The notes below the pieces were generated by a model. It was not told where the DNA came from. It searched no databases and saw only the letters and a program-made list of their open reading frames with translations. A DNA stretch of 64,000 nt from assembly GCA_002245135.1 (NCBI GenBank), contig NGBS01000871.1, forward strand, positions 1 to 64,000, written 5' to 3'. This DNA comes from Proteromonas lacertae. Lineage: Eukaryota. Made by a program: the position numbers and the translations under genes. Positions 28,806-41,607 of this stretch are shown here, in pieces (positions within the stretch are counted from its first letter, which is position 1; each line of letters opens with the position of its first letter).

Positions 28806-30038
28806 CTAATGTTTCTTCATTTCTCTACTTGTTTTATAAACTATCATATCAACTATCTTCGAAACTGTAAAAATTCCACCAATAATACCACATACATTAG
28901 TAATAAAATGATTAAAAGGAGGTCGATCTTCATTTATATCATGCAAAAAAGGAGACATATCTAAATTAAAAAATATACCTGGTAAAGCAGATAATTGTCC
29001 AAAGAAATTAGTTTGAATCTTTTTTGATACTTCCAATACACTGTATTGATTAGTTTCAATGATTTTGTTGTTTTTATGGTAAATTGTTGGTATAATTTGG
29101 ATATAATAATGTTTTGCAGCAATTTCTATTTTATTATACAATATATAATATACTTGTTTCAGTAATAAACTCTGTATTTGATAATGGATTATAAATACCT
29201 GGATAAGGTTCACCAAATGATAATTCGTGGATAATATGTGATATATTATAATGATTAGCTTCACCTGGTCTAAAGAGATGGACATGTCGCTCATTATCGT
29301 TCAAACTATCGCCCATAGCGATATGGAAGTTTCCAGCAATTCTATTAGTCTCCATATATCCATATATATTACATCCTTCTCCCTCTTTACTCAATAACAA
29401 TGGGTTATTTTCATCTCTTCGACATTGTTCAGCTTGGCTTGTCACACTTTTACTATCCCATCCTTTATTACTGTAAGCTCTTCTTACATCTGCACAGGTA
29501 TTACAGCATTCACCTGGTTTACCTGCTCCATAACAACTACCACAATAGTTTGGTGGTAAAACTATATCAGTTTTTGTTTCATTTATATTACCATTCTTTG
29601 TAAATGCAACTCCAATTGGTTCGCCATTTGGTGATAATCTTTGCTTGATTGTATGCTCTTCTACATTTATTAATTGCTCACCACTTTGATCCATCAAATC
29701 TATATTCACTTCTCCACAATGTAAAGAAAAAAATGTAAAATTGAAATTAATTCTGAGTTTCTCATCAATTTTATGATCTACTGATATCTTTTCTACTCGC
29801 TGAGGTTGGAAATAAGTATATAATTCAGCAGTTAGGAGAAGAAACATAACAGAAAAAGTTAAAATTGAACCTATTGCATAATATTAACATAAATAATAAT
29901 ACAAAGTGCACCAGATGAAGTTTTAACTCTAAATTCATCATCTACTTTGTTGAACAAATCAAAATTGGCCAATGCAGAAAGTATATCATGCGATGACCTT
30001 TTTGATTTGTTAGAACCATCTAATAATCCATCATTCAT
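28806..30038 (-). CDS. ER-Golgi intermediate compartment protein ERGIC3/Erv46-like, 3 exons
   Basis: FDLFNKV...VKTSSGA, YCGSCYGA, CCNTCADVRRAY, EGCNIYG, GNFH, PGIFF.LDMSP, CGIIGGIFTV; ends KKH. Confidence 0.9.
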
Positions 30039-30118
30039 CCTTTAAATTGAAATGAAAGAATTTTAAATTTTCTCAAGCCAAGTTTATTTCTTTCTTATTT
30101 ATTCTGATTCTTAATGGC

Positions 30119-32319
30119 ATGGATGATAAAGTAGGTTTGTTTATTAATATAACTGACGTATATCTTTGTATAATGCATATAATATAGTTGTTTACGATCG
30201 CAGCAAGTAGTTTAGATAAAAATGAATTATTTCATGATGATAATTTCTCATTAATTGATGAAACAACTACGATTGGTTATGAAGATATACAAAGTTCTGA
30301 TTTAATAAGAAATACAACAGTTATTCCACCATTACAAAGAGATTCTACAGAAACAATAAGATATGAATTTAATATAAACAATCTGTTCTATTTATTCAAT
30401 GAAATAAATAGCCTAGAGTTTATAGAACTTCATGCTTATCCATATCCACAAACATTACCAACAGTAATTTATTGTAATGAATGTATTTTATCAAAACTTT
30501 ATAAATTATCATTTTATAATACAAAGAACACACTAACAGAACAATGTTTTTATGCTGGTTGTCTTTATTTGTTTATAATATTATCGTTTAGAACAGTTTA
30601 TTTGAATGAATTACTAATCAAAAAAGGAGGAATAGTCTTTAAAGTATAATTATATTTTATGTTATTTTAATATATATATTAAATAATAGGGAGATGATTA
30701 TATATTTTTAGATGAATCACAAGTTTCTGATTTGGAAAAAATATGTAGCGAAGAACAAGTGGGACAATATTACAGACAATATGAATTAATAACTAAAGAA
30801 AGTGAAGAAACATATAAGTCGTTGTTGGTAAAAATTAGTAATGTTAGAATATTGAATACATTTATAACAATGAAAAAAATATATGGAGACACAATAAAAT
30901 TAATGATAAATCTAAATAATACATCAAATAATTTAATAACTAACGCTATTCAACAAAGATATGTTTATATATTATCATATTTTAATGATCTTAAAAACTC
31001 TATTCCATTGTGTGAAATAATGGATGGAGCAATAGATCCTGATTTATGTGTATTTGTGAAGTATTCATTTAAAAGAATGGATATACCCAATTATAACTAT
31101 GAAGATATATACGATGAATGGAAGGATTTAATCAATAAATATATTAATGTTTATAAGTTAGTAATGTCAAATAAGAATAATTTATTTTCATTACATTCTC
31201 AGATGAAATTGTATTTTCTTGAAGCTAATTCTATACTAGTTAGATCTTCTACTAGTATTTTGTATGACGATTTTGTAGAAAAACAGTTTATAAAAACATT
31301 AGAAGATAGTTTTCATTTACCTGATGATTTTTTCCAATATGAAAGTGGAGAAAATTTGTTTTATTCTTTAAGAAGTATAATGAATGATTATGTCAAGTTG
31401 TATTGCATAACAGTTCCAAGGCATTTAAATAAAGATTATTACTTTATAATCAATATGTCTAATTACATAAGAGATGTATAATTTTAGTTATATATATATA
31501 TATATATATGAATAGTTGGTGAATTGGTATGAAATATTAAAGAAAAATTGTTCATCAATCTTCGAAAAGAATGAAAATTATTACTTATTGTTGTTGTGTT
31601 ATTTATATGGAATTGTTTGTGAATGTTCAAAAGATTATATTGAAGATATATTCAAGTTAGAATTAAATGAAGAATCAGAGACTTATATGTTATGTTGGTT
31701 TGTAGATTATACAATAACAAGAATTGTCTGTTATTATAATAAAATGATTGAATTTATAACCAAAATAAAACAGAAAGAAAAAGAATTAAATAGACTTTCA
31801 GAAAAGAAGAAGAAAACATTCACACCAAAGAATAAAGCTCAAAATGAAGATATAATCTATTTCAAAAATGAGGTATGCTACTATGAAATATTACAATTGG
31901 TTTATAGAGGGATGTTTCAAGTATTATTGGCATTAAGAATCAAAGGATTATTAATACAACAACATACTCTATATGGAAATGAAGAAAGTAGATATTATAA
32001 ACGTTTAGAGTTGTTTAAAAACTTAGAAGAACCAGGATTGGTAGATTATAAAGATTTTACACAAGGAACAAGTCCAGATAAAGTGAAGTTCGAAGATTTG
32101 ATACAAATCAGTGTAAATACATTTAAAACAGCTAAAGCTTATATTTCTAAGCTATTGAAACAAGAAAATTGTAGAAGAAAGGATGAATTAATACACTTGC
32201 ATAAAATATCTTCAGGGAATTCAGTGTCAATTATGAAATATCTCTCTTCATATGAATGTAATTCCGTGGAATTGGATTATTCATTTTCTGAAGTATTTCC
32301 TATTGTAAGATTTAAATAA
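30119..32319 (+). CDS. NAA35: NatC auxiliary subunit NAA35/Mak10-like, 4 exons
   Basis: N-terminal NITDLF..A...L..NELFHDDNFSL; QTLPTVIY; C-terminal EESRYYKRLELF...P...Y..F and DYSFSEVFPIV resemble Mak10. Confidence 0.65.
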
Positions 32320-32515
32320 TTTCTATTTAAGTGTTAAATATGTAAATTATATGTGATTCATGTTTTTTGATTGTATTAATGTATATTCAACATTATACGA
32401 ATGAATATTGACAGTTAATTATAGTATCATAAGGATTAGATATCTCTATTCACTGTAAATTGAAAATAATAAATTGGGACAATTATTAAAAAGTAACGAA
32501 TATAAAATCTTTGAA

Positions 32516-33496
32516 ATGAGATTCAGCACTTTTCTCTTTATTCTTGCTATCGCTTGTGCTAGTAACTTACGATCAAGAGTATATTACGAATATGCTTTTG
32601 AAAACTTCAGAAGAGCATATCATAAAGAATACTCAACAGCTGACGAACATATCTACCGTATGAATGTATTTGCCGATAACTTGGACAAAATCGAAAATCA
32701 CAATAAATTAAACAAGGGATGGACTATGGGAGTTAATAAATTCGCTGATATGACACCAGAAGAGTTTAAGAAGAGTTTAATGTGTGGTTGCTCTAGAGAT
32801 ACTGCTAGAAAAACACCAGATTACACAAACTATGCAAATGTAAAACTTCCAGAAGAACTTGATTGGGTAGAACAAGGAGCTGTATCTCGTGTTAAAGATC
32901 AAGCTGCTTGTGGCTCATGCTGGGCATTTGGAACAGCAGCTGTATTAGAATCCAGTTATTACGTGACATTCCATGAAAAGACAGAAGTTTCCCAACAACA
33001 ATTAGTCGATTGTTCTCAAGCTTACAACAACACTGGTTGCAATGGTGGTGAAGTTATATATGCTATGAATTACATAGCTGATCATGGTATATGCACATTA
33101 GAAGATTATCCTTACATTGGCAAGGATTCTGACTGTAAATCAGATAAATGTAAACCAGTATTAAAAGTTTCAAAGAGATATGATATTGCTCAAAGTGAAG
33201 CTGCATTACAATACTACTTATCTAAAAGACCAATATCAGTTGATATTTCAGCTGAATTGATCATGTTATACAGTGGAGGTATAGTAGAAGGAGAATGTAA
33301 TAACCCAGTAGATCATACTGTATTGGCTGTAGGTTATGGTGTTGAAAATGGTAAGAAATATTGGAAGATTCAAAACTCATGGAGTGAAACATGGGGAGAA
33401 AAGGGCTATTTCAGAATGTTAAGAGGTGTAGGTGGTGATAAAGGACAATGCTCCATTGTAACAAATGCTCATGTTGCTGATGTTGTAAAAGCATAA
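32516..33496 (+). CDS. Papain-family cathepsin L-like cysteine protease (signal peptide, I29 prodomain), intronless
   Basis: QAACGSCWAF, GCNGG, DHTVLAVGYG, YWKIQNSW; NKFADMT prodomain motif. Confidence 0.95.
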   Translation: MRFSTFLFILAIACASNLRSRVYYEYAFENFRRAYHKEYSTADEHIYRMNVFADNLDKIENHNKLNKGWTMGVNKFADMTPEEFKKSLMCGCSRDTARKTPDYTNYANVKLPEELDWVEQGAVSRVKDQAACGSCWAFGTAAVLESSYYVTFHEKTEVSQQQLVDCSQAYNNTGCNGGEVIYAMNYIADHGICTLEDYPYIGKDSDCKSDKCKPVLKVSKRYDIAQSEAALQYYLSKRPISVDISAELIMLYSGGIVEGECNNPVDHTVLAVGYGVENGKKYWKIQNSWSETWGEKGYFRMLRGVGGDKGQCSIVTNAHVADVVKA

Positions 33497-33619
33497 ATGA
33501 GGAAGTAAATTTTAAAACGTAAATTCTACGATTTTCTATATTTGTATTTGTAAATATTTAGAGTTAATAATAGTAAAACACTCAAATAAAAGAAAAAGAA
33601 AATCAATAATCAAAATTGC

Positions 33620-34972
33620 TTACAAAGTTGACATAATAGCTACATTTCTTGGTGACGTGTCAATAGGAAATAAAGGAATATACTCTACATTGTTTGTAAT
33701 ACTTTTAATATACTCTATTCTATCAAGTATAATAATCGATTCAAAAACATCTGTTAAACTGTTTCTTAAGGAATAATATATAACAAAATCTCGAAATTTA
33801 TATTGATTTTCTAAATTATTAATATAATCATCTGATGGGCAATTAATTTTTAGTTTATCAACACAATATTTGAAATAGTGTATAAATGAATCAGTATATT
33901 CTGGTTTTATTTTACTGATTTTATAATTCTGAGGATGTTGATATGCTAAATGATTAATTGATTTTAAATGAATTTGAAATAATGATCTATAGTACAACAC
34001 TCTTATTGATAATATCTTTTCTTCTGGAGTTATTGGTGATGAATTCAATAACAATTGACAAGCTATATTCTTTTGATGGTAATTAAACGAAATGTTTCTG
34101 TATTTAACACTCAATGGAAAACAATTTAATAAATTATAACAACATCCTATGAAGAAAAAACCTTTGCAATTATTGGTTGCTTGATGGAGAAATAGATTGA
34201 TTATATAAACAGATAAATCTCCACAACAATGTAAACCTATTATTATATATGGAATAATCTTTCCAAATTCCGATATTATTACATCTTCTATATCTTTTAT
34301 AGTTGTTTCTGGAGTGAGATTTAGACAATATGAATGAAAAGATCCATCTTTTACAAATTTTGGATTTTTTTCATTATTTTTATTTGATTTTGAAACAACC
34401 TCTTCTCTATTTTCCAAGCCTATTAATTTATATCCATACTTTCTTGCCAATATTCTTGATAGATAACCTAAACCTGCTCCTATATCAATAATTAAATCAA
34501 TTTCGTTAGAATCATCTGAATTAATATTGGGATGTGCATTATTATATTTTTGACAAAGTTTATGAATTAATGGAGCACATATTTCTACTTCAAGTTTCTT
34601 CTTTGGATTCATCCCAGTTGATTCTTCAGTAGATAATTCCAAACTCTCTCTATTTTTAATATAGAAACATTTAATATACAATTCTGAAGATGGTGTTCGT
34701 GGTATTGAAAATTTGATGCAGTTATTAAAGAATTCTCGAAGTGAATCATTGAAAACATCGGCCTCATAAAATGGAAATGTCAAGATTTGATATTCTGGAA
34801 TGTTTAATGAATTAAATGATTGTTTCCAACTCTCTGGCAATAAATCATAAATATTATTAGTGAAGAAATCAATCTAAAATCAATAGCAAATAATTATATT
34901 ATATCATACCAAACTACTTTCACTGATACTTTTCACTAAATCAGAAGAAATAAAAGTTTCAATTTCTGACAT
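33620..34972 (-). CDS. RRNAD1/METTL25-family SAM-dependent methyltransferase, 2 exons
   Basis: IDFFTN...LPESW, KKKLEVE, IDIGAGLGYLS, GLHCCGDLS, GCCYN, SPRN. Confidence 0.82.
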
Positions 34973-35052
34973 AATTTATGTAAATTACTATGTAAATTAC
35001 ATTAATTTTACAACAAAAAATAAAAATGAAATAGAAATGAATAATATATAAT

Positions 35053-36795
35053 TTATAAGTTAATTGTAACAACAAATGGTTCTAATGCACCAGTTGTTTC
35101 TTCAGCAGACACAATTAATACACCATTTGCGTTAATACTGAAAGTATCAGTGAATTTAACTTGTCCAGCTTTTCTCAACGGTAAACCAGTGATCATACCA
35201 TCATATAATTTAGTATTATTCGAAGCAGTATCATCTTCTCCTTGATATACACATAAAGGTATCTTATCTTGATTATCTCTAACTGTGAAGAATGTTTCAG
35301 AATATTCACATGGAATGGATGTATTTTTCTTCAACATAAATATCATTCTATCGCCAACTACTCTTTCACCTAAAGAGTGAGATAATACATCTTCAATGTG
35401 TAATCCTCTACCTCTTGGGTTAGATATTGGAGCTCTAAATCCAGCAGCGGCTGCTGAAGCACCATCATCAGTAATTCTTACCTTAGAGCCTTCACTCTTA
35501 ATTACTACTTTTGGACCAGATGGCTTGTTTGGGAAAGCATTTGTAGGTGGTTCAATATTATTAGCAGGTCCAACGTATTCACCTGTATCAGCAGTAACCA
35601 ATACTTTCGCTCCATTGGAGAATGATCTTTCTTGTGTTCCTCTGATTAAATCTTCTGCTAATATTGAAGCACCTATCGCTACTGCTTCATCTGGATTAAT
35701 ATCTTGATTCAGATTCTTACCAGGGAAAAATTCTTTTAATAATTCTTGAACTTTAGGTATTCTGCTGCTTCCACCAATTAATACAACATCATCAATATCA
35801 TTCTTACTTAATCCACTGGTAGTCAATGTTCTTTGAACAATTTGAATAGTACGTTGGAAAAGATCCTTGCACAATTCGTTGAACAATGGTCGAGTCAACA
35901 TATTATCAATTCCATTATCTAATAAATCACCAAAATTAACTTCAGCTTCAGTCAATTCACTCAATAAACATTTCGCTTCTTCACATGCTTTTCTTAATCT
36001 TTGTAACTTTCTAGAATTAGAGAATACATCAGTACCTGTCTCTTCCTGTATTTTTGAAGCATAATATTGTACTAATACTGAGTTAATATCTTCACCACCT
36101 AAATGAGTATCACCGTCTGTTCCTTTCACTTGAATGTTATTATCCCTCACTTGAATGATTGAAACATCAAAAGTACCACCACCAAAATCATAAATTAAAA
36201 TTGTTCTATTGCTTTTATCTACAACATATTTATATCCATAGGCAATAGCTGCTGCTGTTGGTTCATTGATAATTTGAAGTACGTTCATGCCAGCTAATGC
36301 TCCTGCTTCAATTGTTGCTCTTCGTTGATTATCATTGAAATAGGCAGGAACTGTAATAACAACGTTCTTTGTAACATCATCTCCTTTGTTAAAGGCTCTT
36401 GCAGCAAATGTACCTAAGTCTCGAAGCACATGGCTTGATATTTCTTGTGGTGTAAATTCTTTTTCTTTGCCTTGAAACTGAACTCTGATTCTGGGATCAT
36501 CATTTGCATCAGCAACGACTCTAAAACTCCAATGTGGAACATCAGCTTGAACAGCAGGTTCACTGAATTTATGTCCAATTAATCTCTTTGCATCGTAGAC
36601 AGTGTTTTGAACATTTTTAGCTATATCATTCTTGGCTGATTCTCCAACTATAATTTGATCTTTCTGGAATGAGACAAATGAAGGTGTTGTTCTCTTTCCC
36701 GTAGGATTGGGGACTACATTAGCTGAAGAATTTTCACTGACAGCTACACACGAGTTTGTGGTGCCAAGATCTATACCTAAAGTAAAAACAGACAT
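35053..36795 (-). CDS. Atypical Hsp70: intact ATPase domain, long linker insertion, no helical lid or EEVD
   Basis: GIDLGTTNS, RTTPS, ITVPAYFND.QR, INEPTAAA, DFGGGTFDVS, LIGGSSRIPKVQ, NPDEAVA; SBD-beta FFTVRDNQ...VYQGE...INANGVL then stop. Confidence 0.9.
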   Translation of the reverse strand: MSVFTLGIDLGTTNSCVAVSENSSANVVPNPTGKRTTPSFVSFQKDQIIVGESAKNDIAKNVQNTVYDAKRLIGHKFSEPAVQADVPHWSFRVVADANDDPRIRVQFQGKEKEFTPQEISSHVLRDLGTFAARAFNKGDDVTKNVVITVPAYFNDNQRRATIEAGALAGMNVLQIINEPTAAAIAYGYKYVVDKSNRTILIYDFGGGTFDVSIIQVRDNNIQVKGTDGDTHLGGEDINSVLVQYYASKIQEETGTDVFSNSRKLQRLRKACEEAKCLLSELTEAEVNFGDLLDNGIDNMLTRPLFNELCKDLFQRTIQIVQRTLTTSGLSKNDIDDVVLIGGSSRIPKVQELLKEFFPGKNLNQDINPDEAVAIGASILAEDLIRGTQERSFSNGAKVLVTADTGEYVGPANNIEPPTNAFPNKPSGPKVVIKSEGSKVRITDDGASAAAAGFRAPISNPRGRGLHIEDVLSHSLGERVVGDRMIFMLKKNTSIPCEYSETFFTVRDNQDKIPLCVYQGEDDTASNNTKLYDGMITGLPLRKAGQVKFTDTFSINANGVLIVSAEETTGALEPFVVTINL

Positions 36796-36962
36796 TTCTA
36801 AAAACAAACAAAATTTTGATAGTTTTGGGGGGTTTGAAAAGAAAACAAAACAAAAAACACATAATGTCAAATCGCTTATTTCGTTTATTATCAGTTATTA
36901 ACAAAAGAAACATATAAAAATGCATTTGAAATAAAAATACATTTAATTGTTAAAGATATTTA

Positions 36963-38310
36963 CTATGCTGTAATTTCCTTATTCAATTCGAATGTATATT
37001 CAGTAGGCTGATGTGCACCACCTGAACTTCTCAATTTCTTAACGATTTCTTCTTCATTTAAATCATCTAGCTGTGTACAATAGAATTCAATATGAGTTCC
37101 TCTGAATATATTATGCACTTCACTTTTAATCATACCAACTTTAGCTTTAGTCATCAATTTGACTTTATTTCCTACCCATGTGACAAATATGAATTTACTT
37201 CTAGTACTAACTACACTACCTCTCTTATCAATACCTAAAACTTTAAATCCGCCATAAATAACGAAGTTATCATCCAATTTAGACTTAAATTCATTCAATC
37301 CATCACTACCTGTATGTAACAATGTATATCTTTTCTCATTATTCTTATCACAACACAATACACAGTTAATTGGGGAATTATCATCCAAAACTTTATTCCA
37401 AGCTTCAATTACACAAGCTTCTACTATATCTCCACTATTTAACACAGTATCTTTATAATTCGAAGGTGTTAATGGTAATACATTTGAATCTATTGAATTT
37501 ATACTGGAATTAGAGCCATTATCATCTTTCTTTAATTGTTCATTAAATTTAAGTAATGATGGATTTGAATTACTATTTAATTCAAATCCATTTTGGATAT
37601 CTTCTTCTTTTTCTTCTTTCTTTGGTACTTCTTCAGTTGGCTTTGGTTCTTCTACTGGCTTTGGTGGAAGTGGTGGTGGAGGAGGTGCAGTTGTTGTTGT
37701 TGTTGGTTCTTCTACTGGTTTACTTTCAGATGAACTTACTGTTTCTTCTGGTTTTCTTGTTTCATCTTCTTTTGTATTTGATGATAATGATGATTCAGCA
37801 TTTTCTTTGGATTTAAAATCATAACTTGTTGGTTGATGAGCACCACCACATTGTCTTAATCTTTTGATAATCTCTTCTTCTGTTAAATCATCCAAATCTG
37901 ATGTTTGAATTTGAACATGATATCCACTGAAATGACTTGATACAGGACCTATCTGAATTGACATTCTTGCCTTTTTCATGGCAGGTAATTCTGGACCCAT
38001 CCAAATTACAAATATAAACTTGGATCTTAAACTTGTTACTGATCCTCTTTCATCTACGCCAATGACTCTAAATACAGCGAATTGAACCTATTCACATTAT
38101 CCATAAAGCATACCACATCATTTTCTAAATGTTTAAGACACTCATGCATCCCACCTGTTCCAGAAGAATGAACATCTAATTTAGAGTCTTTATTAATATA
38201 GAAAATAGCCCTAGAAATTAAAGAACACAATAATACCAATCTGTTTCATCATTGTCATTAAGAACTCTTTCATACACACGATCTATTTCTGTATTATTAA
38301 TATCAACCAT
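36963..38310 (-). CDS. Protein with two coactosin-like ADF-H domains joined by a Pro-rich linker, 3 exons
   Basis: Duplicated GVDERGSVTSLRSKFIFVIWMG / GIDKRGSVVSTRSKFIFVTWVG and GGAHQPT(S/E)Y; linker PPPPPLPPKP. Confidence 0.8.
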
Positions 38311-38784
38311 TTGCTTTTATTTATTTCAATTGAATCACTTCAAACAAAAAAGAAGATATTCTTAAACTGACTCTATTTTTTTAAACACATCAGTTTCATT
38401 TTTTAATTAGTGAATAGAATGGAAAAGTATTAATAAAAATGTATAATATGCAAAAGATGTGCAATTATAAGACGATTTATAAAATAAACTTATCCTTGTT
38501 CCTTCATTTATATCTATTTTCTGACTTGAGACAAAATCATTGATTTTTAATATCATTCGATTTTTTTGATAATTAATGCAATACTTATTATTATCATTAG
38601 AATAAAAGAAAGTTCCAAATTTTAAAAACAAAATAATCCGTTTCTTATAATTATTTGAGACAGAGCTTGAATATTATATAGGGAAATCATATAGAAAATT
38701 TGAATAACTGTTTTAAAAAATTCATCTCATTTTTAAAGTATCGTTTTTATATTTTTATAGTAATCTAGGTATTTTTCTTCACGT

Positions 38785-39360
38785 ATGGGTCTTTTAACTC
38801 TTCTCAGACAATTAAAAAAATCAGATAAAGAAGCAAGAATTTTAGTTCTTGGCTTAGATAACTCTGGTAAAACAACTATATTAAAGAAGCTTTCAGATGA
38901 AGATATTGAACATATTATGCCAACTCAAGGATTTAATATTAAATCTGTTGTTCATGATGGTTTTAAATTGAATGTTTGGGATATCGGTGGTCAAAAGAGT
39001 ATTCGTCCATACTGGAAGAATTATTACGATAATACTGATGCTATGGTTTATGTTATTGATAGTGCTGATAAACGTAGACTTGATGAGGCTGGAACTGAAT
39101 TATCCTCATTATTAGAAGTATCATTTACCATCTTTTATTGTCAATAGGAAGAAAAATTATCAGGCGTCCCACTCCTTGTCTTCGCAAATAAACAAGATTT
39201 AATTAGTGCTATGTCAGCTGCTGAAATATCAACTGCTTTACAATTAGATAATATTCGAGAAAGAACATGGCAAATTCAAGCATGTTCTGCTAAAACTGGT
39301 GAAGGTTTACAAGCTGGTATGGAATGGCTTGTAAGAGAAGCAAATAAAAGAACTAATTAA
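38785..39360 (+). CDS. ARL3: ADP-ribosylation factor-like GTPase 3, 2 exons
   Basis: [58 protein letters not shown]; 30-nt intron at 39118-39147. Confidence 0.88.
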
Positions 39361-39464
39361 ACAAATACCTTATTTGAGATTTATTTTCTATAGTTTTTTG
39401 TTCTGTTGATGGTTAAAACACTACTATCTATACATAATATATATTTTTTTATTAATTATCTATT

Positions 39465-39864
39465 TTAATGTCTTTTAAGCTGACCTGGTTTCTTCAAACA
39501 ATTTGATTGTGATTTTGCATATTGTATTTTCTATTGAAAAGAATAGCATGAATGTTTATACCATTTCCTTACCAAAAATATTATAACCATCCATTTTACT
39601 TATTGCACTTGTCGATGTCTGAATACTATCAAATACTATCCACGCTTGACCTCTTAGTTTCATTGTTTTTAGAGTTACTATATCTAAGATACTACCAAAT
39701 TGTGAAAATAAATGATATAATGATTTCTTTAGTTGTTGTTTATTTATTTTATCATTTAAATTTTTTATATAAATTGTTTGATTAGGTAAAATTCTTTCTG
39801 GTTCTGTAGATACTGCAGGATCTGGTAAAGGTCCTGTGGTAGTGTGTGATGGTTCTTCTTCCAT
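39465..39864 (-). CDS. U1A/U2B''-family snRNP protein, single RRM, 2 exons
   Basis: PNQTIYIKNLNDKI...LKKSLY.LFSQFGSILDIV.LKTMKLRGQAWIVF...MKIQYAKS. Confidence 0.88.
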
Positions 39865-39987
39865 TTCTACTGAATATAAAAATGCAATATAAAATACAAA
39901 ATTAGCTTTATAAGACACAAAATATAGAAAATTAAAAATGAGTTTGACAAACTTTGGCTTGATATTACATTTTTTCATTTCATTAAA

Positions 39988-41475
39988 ATGTCATTCTTTT
40001 CCCAACTAGAGCAAAGAATTAAAGAGAAAAATTGTCCAATCTGTGTTGGACTTGATCCACACAGTGCTGAATTACCTGAAAACACTGCAGATGCTGCTTA
40101 TACTTTTTGCACCAAAATAATAGATGCAACTAAACATAATGCAGCTTGCTATAAGCCAAACTCTGCATTTTTTGAAGCTTTAGAAGGTGGAATCGAGACT
40201 TTGAAGAAAGTTATAAATTATATCCCAAAAGAAATTCCAGTTATTCTTGATGTTAAACGTGGAGATATATCAACTACTGCTGCTGCTTATGCAAAAGCTG
40301 CTAAGAACTTAGGTGTAAATTGTGTTACTTTAAACGGTTATATGGGATATGATGCAATCAAACCATTCTTAGATGAAAATATTGATGCTTTTATATTATG
40401 TAAAACATCCAACCCATCTTCAAACGAAATACAAAGTATTAAAACAACAAATGGAAAATATGTATATGAAGAAGTATGTGAATTAGTAAAGAAATGGAAT
40501 ATTGATGGAAATCACTTAGGATTAGTTGTTGGTGCAACTGATGTAGAAAGCTTGAAAAGAGTTCGAGAAATCGATGCTAAAGTTTGGATATTGTCTCCAG
40601 GAATTGGTGCACAAGGTGGAAATTTAGAAGATTCAATCAAATACGGAACGAGAAGTAGTGATAAGATGGGAATTATATTTAATGTTAGTCGTGGTATTTC
40701 AAGAAGTAAAGATATGGCAGCTGAAATTGATAAATATAAAACAAACATAGAAACTGCAATGAAAGAAGTATCAATTCCATCTGCTCCAAGTACAACAGTC
40801 AAACTTGAAAATTACAAAAGAGAATTTATTGAATTTGCAATTCAAAATGAAGTGTTGAAATTTGGATCATTTAAATTAAAAAGTGGTAGAATTAGTCCAT
40901 TCTTTTTCAATGCTGGATGCTTTAATAGTGGTGCTGCCATGAATAAACTATGTTATTATTATTACTGCGCTTTAGAAGATTACTTAGAAAAAAATAAAGA
41001 CTTGAAATTTGATGTGATTTTTGGACCTGCTTATAAAGGTATTAATCTATGCTGTGGTTTATCAATGATAATTGACCAATACAGTAAAGGAAAATTAAGT
41101 AATGCGTTCTGTTATAACCGTAAAGAAGCAAAAGATGGAGGTGAAGGTGGTGTATTGATAGGAAGTACAATTAAAGGGAAAAAAGTATTACTTATTGATG
41201 ATGTTATTACAGCAGGTACAGCTATTGGAGAATCAATGCAATTAATGAAAGACAATGAAAGTGAAGCTGTTGGTGTTATTATTTGTTTAAATCGTCAAGA
41301 GAAAGGTAAAGACACTGATGAAAGTGCAATAAGTCAAGTTGAAAGAATGTATGGAATTCCTGTTATTAGTGTGATTAAGTTGGAAGATATTATTGCTTAT
41401 TTAGAAGAAAAGGGAGATAAGAAGGAGGAATTGGCTAATTTGATGGAATATAGAAGATTATATGGTGCTAATTAG
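39988..41475 (+). CDS. Bifunctional OMP decarboxylase - orotate phosphoribosyltransferase (OMPDC-OPRT order), intronless
   Basis: N-half CVGLDP, LDVKRGDISTT, KTSNP, VVGAT, PGIGAQGG; C-half FKLKSGRISPFF, GPAYKG, RKEAKD, LIDDVITAGT. Confidence 0.93.
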   Translation: MSFFSQLEQRIKEKNCPICVGLDPHSAELPENTADAAYTFCTKIIDATKHNAACYKPNSAFFEALEGGIETLKKVINYIPKEIPVILDVKRGDISTTAAAYAKAAKNLGVNCVTLNGYMGYDAIKPFLDENIDAFILCKTSNPSSNEIQSIKTTNGKYVYEEVCELVKKWNIDGNHLGLVVGATDVESLKRVREIDAKVWILSPGIGAQGGNLEDSIKYGTRSSDKMGIIFNVSRGISRSKDMAAEIDKYKTNIETAMKEVSIPSAPSTTVKLENYKREFIEFAIQNEVLKFGSFKLKSGRISPFFFNAGCFNSGAAMNKLCYYYYCALEDYLEKNKDLKFDVIFGPAYKGINLCCGLSMIIDQYSKGKLSNAFCYNRKEAKDGGEGGVLIGSTIKGKKVLLIDDVITAGTAIGESMQLMKDNESEAVGVIICLNRQEKGKDTDESAISQVERMYGIPVISVIKLEDIIAYLEEKGDKKEELANLMEYRRLYGAN

Positions 41476-41607
41476 AAAGTTATGCAAAAAACGTAATTGA
41501 TAATTATGTTTTGTATTATGTGATTTGTTTCTTTCAGTTAATAAAATAATACAAACTCTAATTCATTTTTTAATTTAATTATTCTGATTTATCATCATTT
41601 CGTTCAT

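Noticed and set aside
31489..31510. (TA)n and trinucleotide runs; A-run at 41858-41871
   Set aside because: Ordinary microsatellites in introns or low-complexity coding DNA. The A-run is the T-rich tract after the DCAF stop and is on the wrong side of repeat copy B to be a retro-tail.
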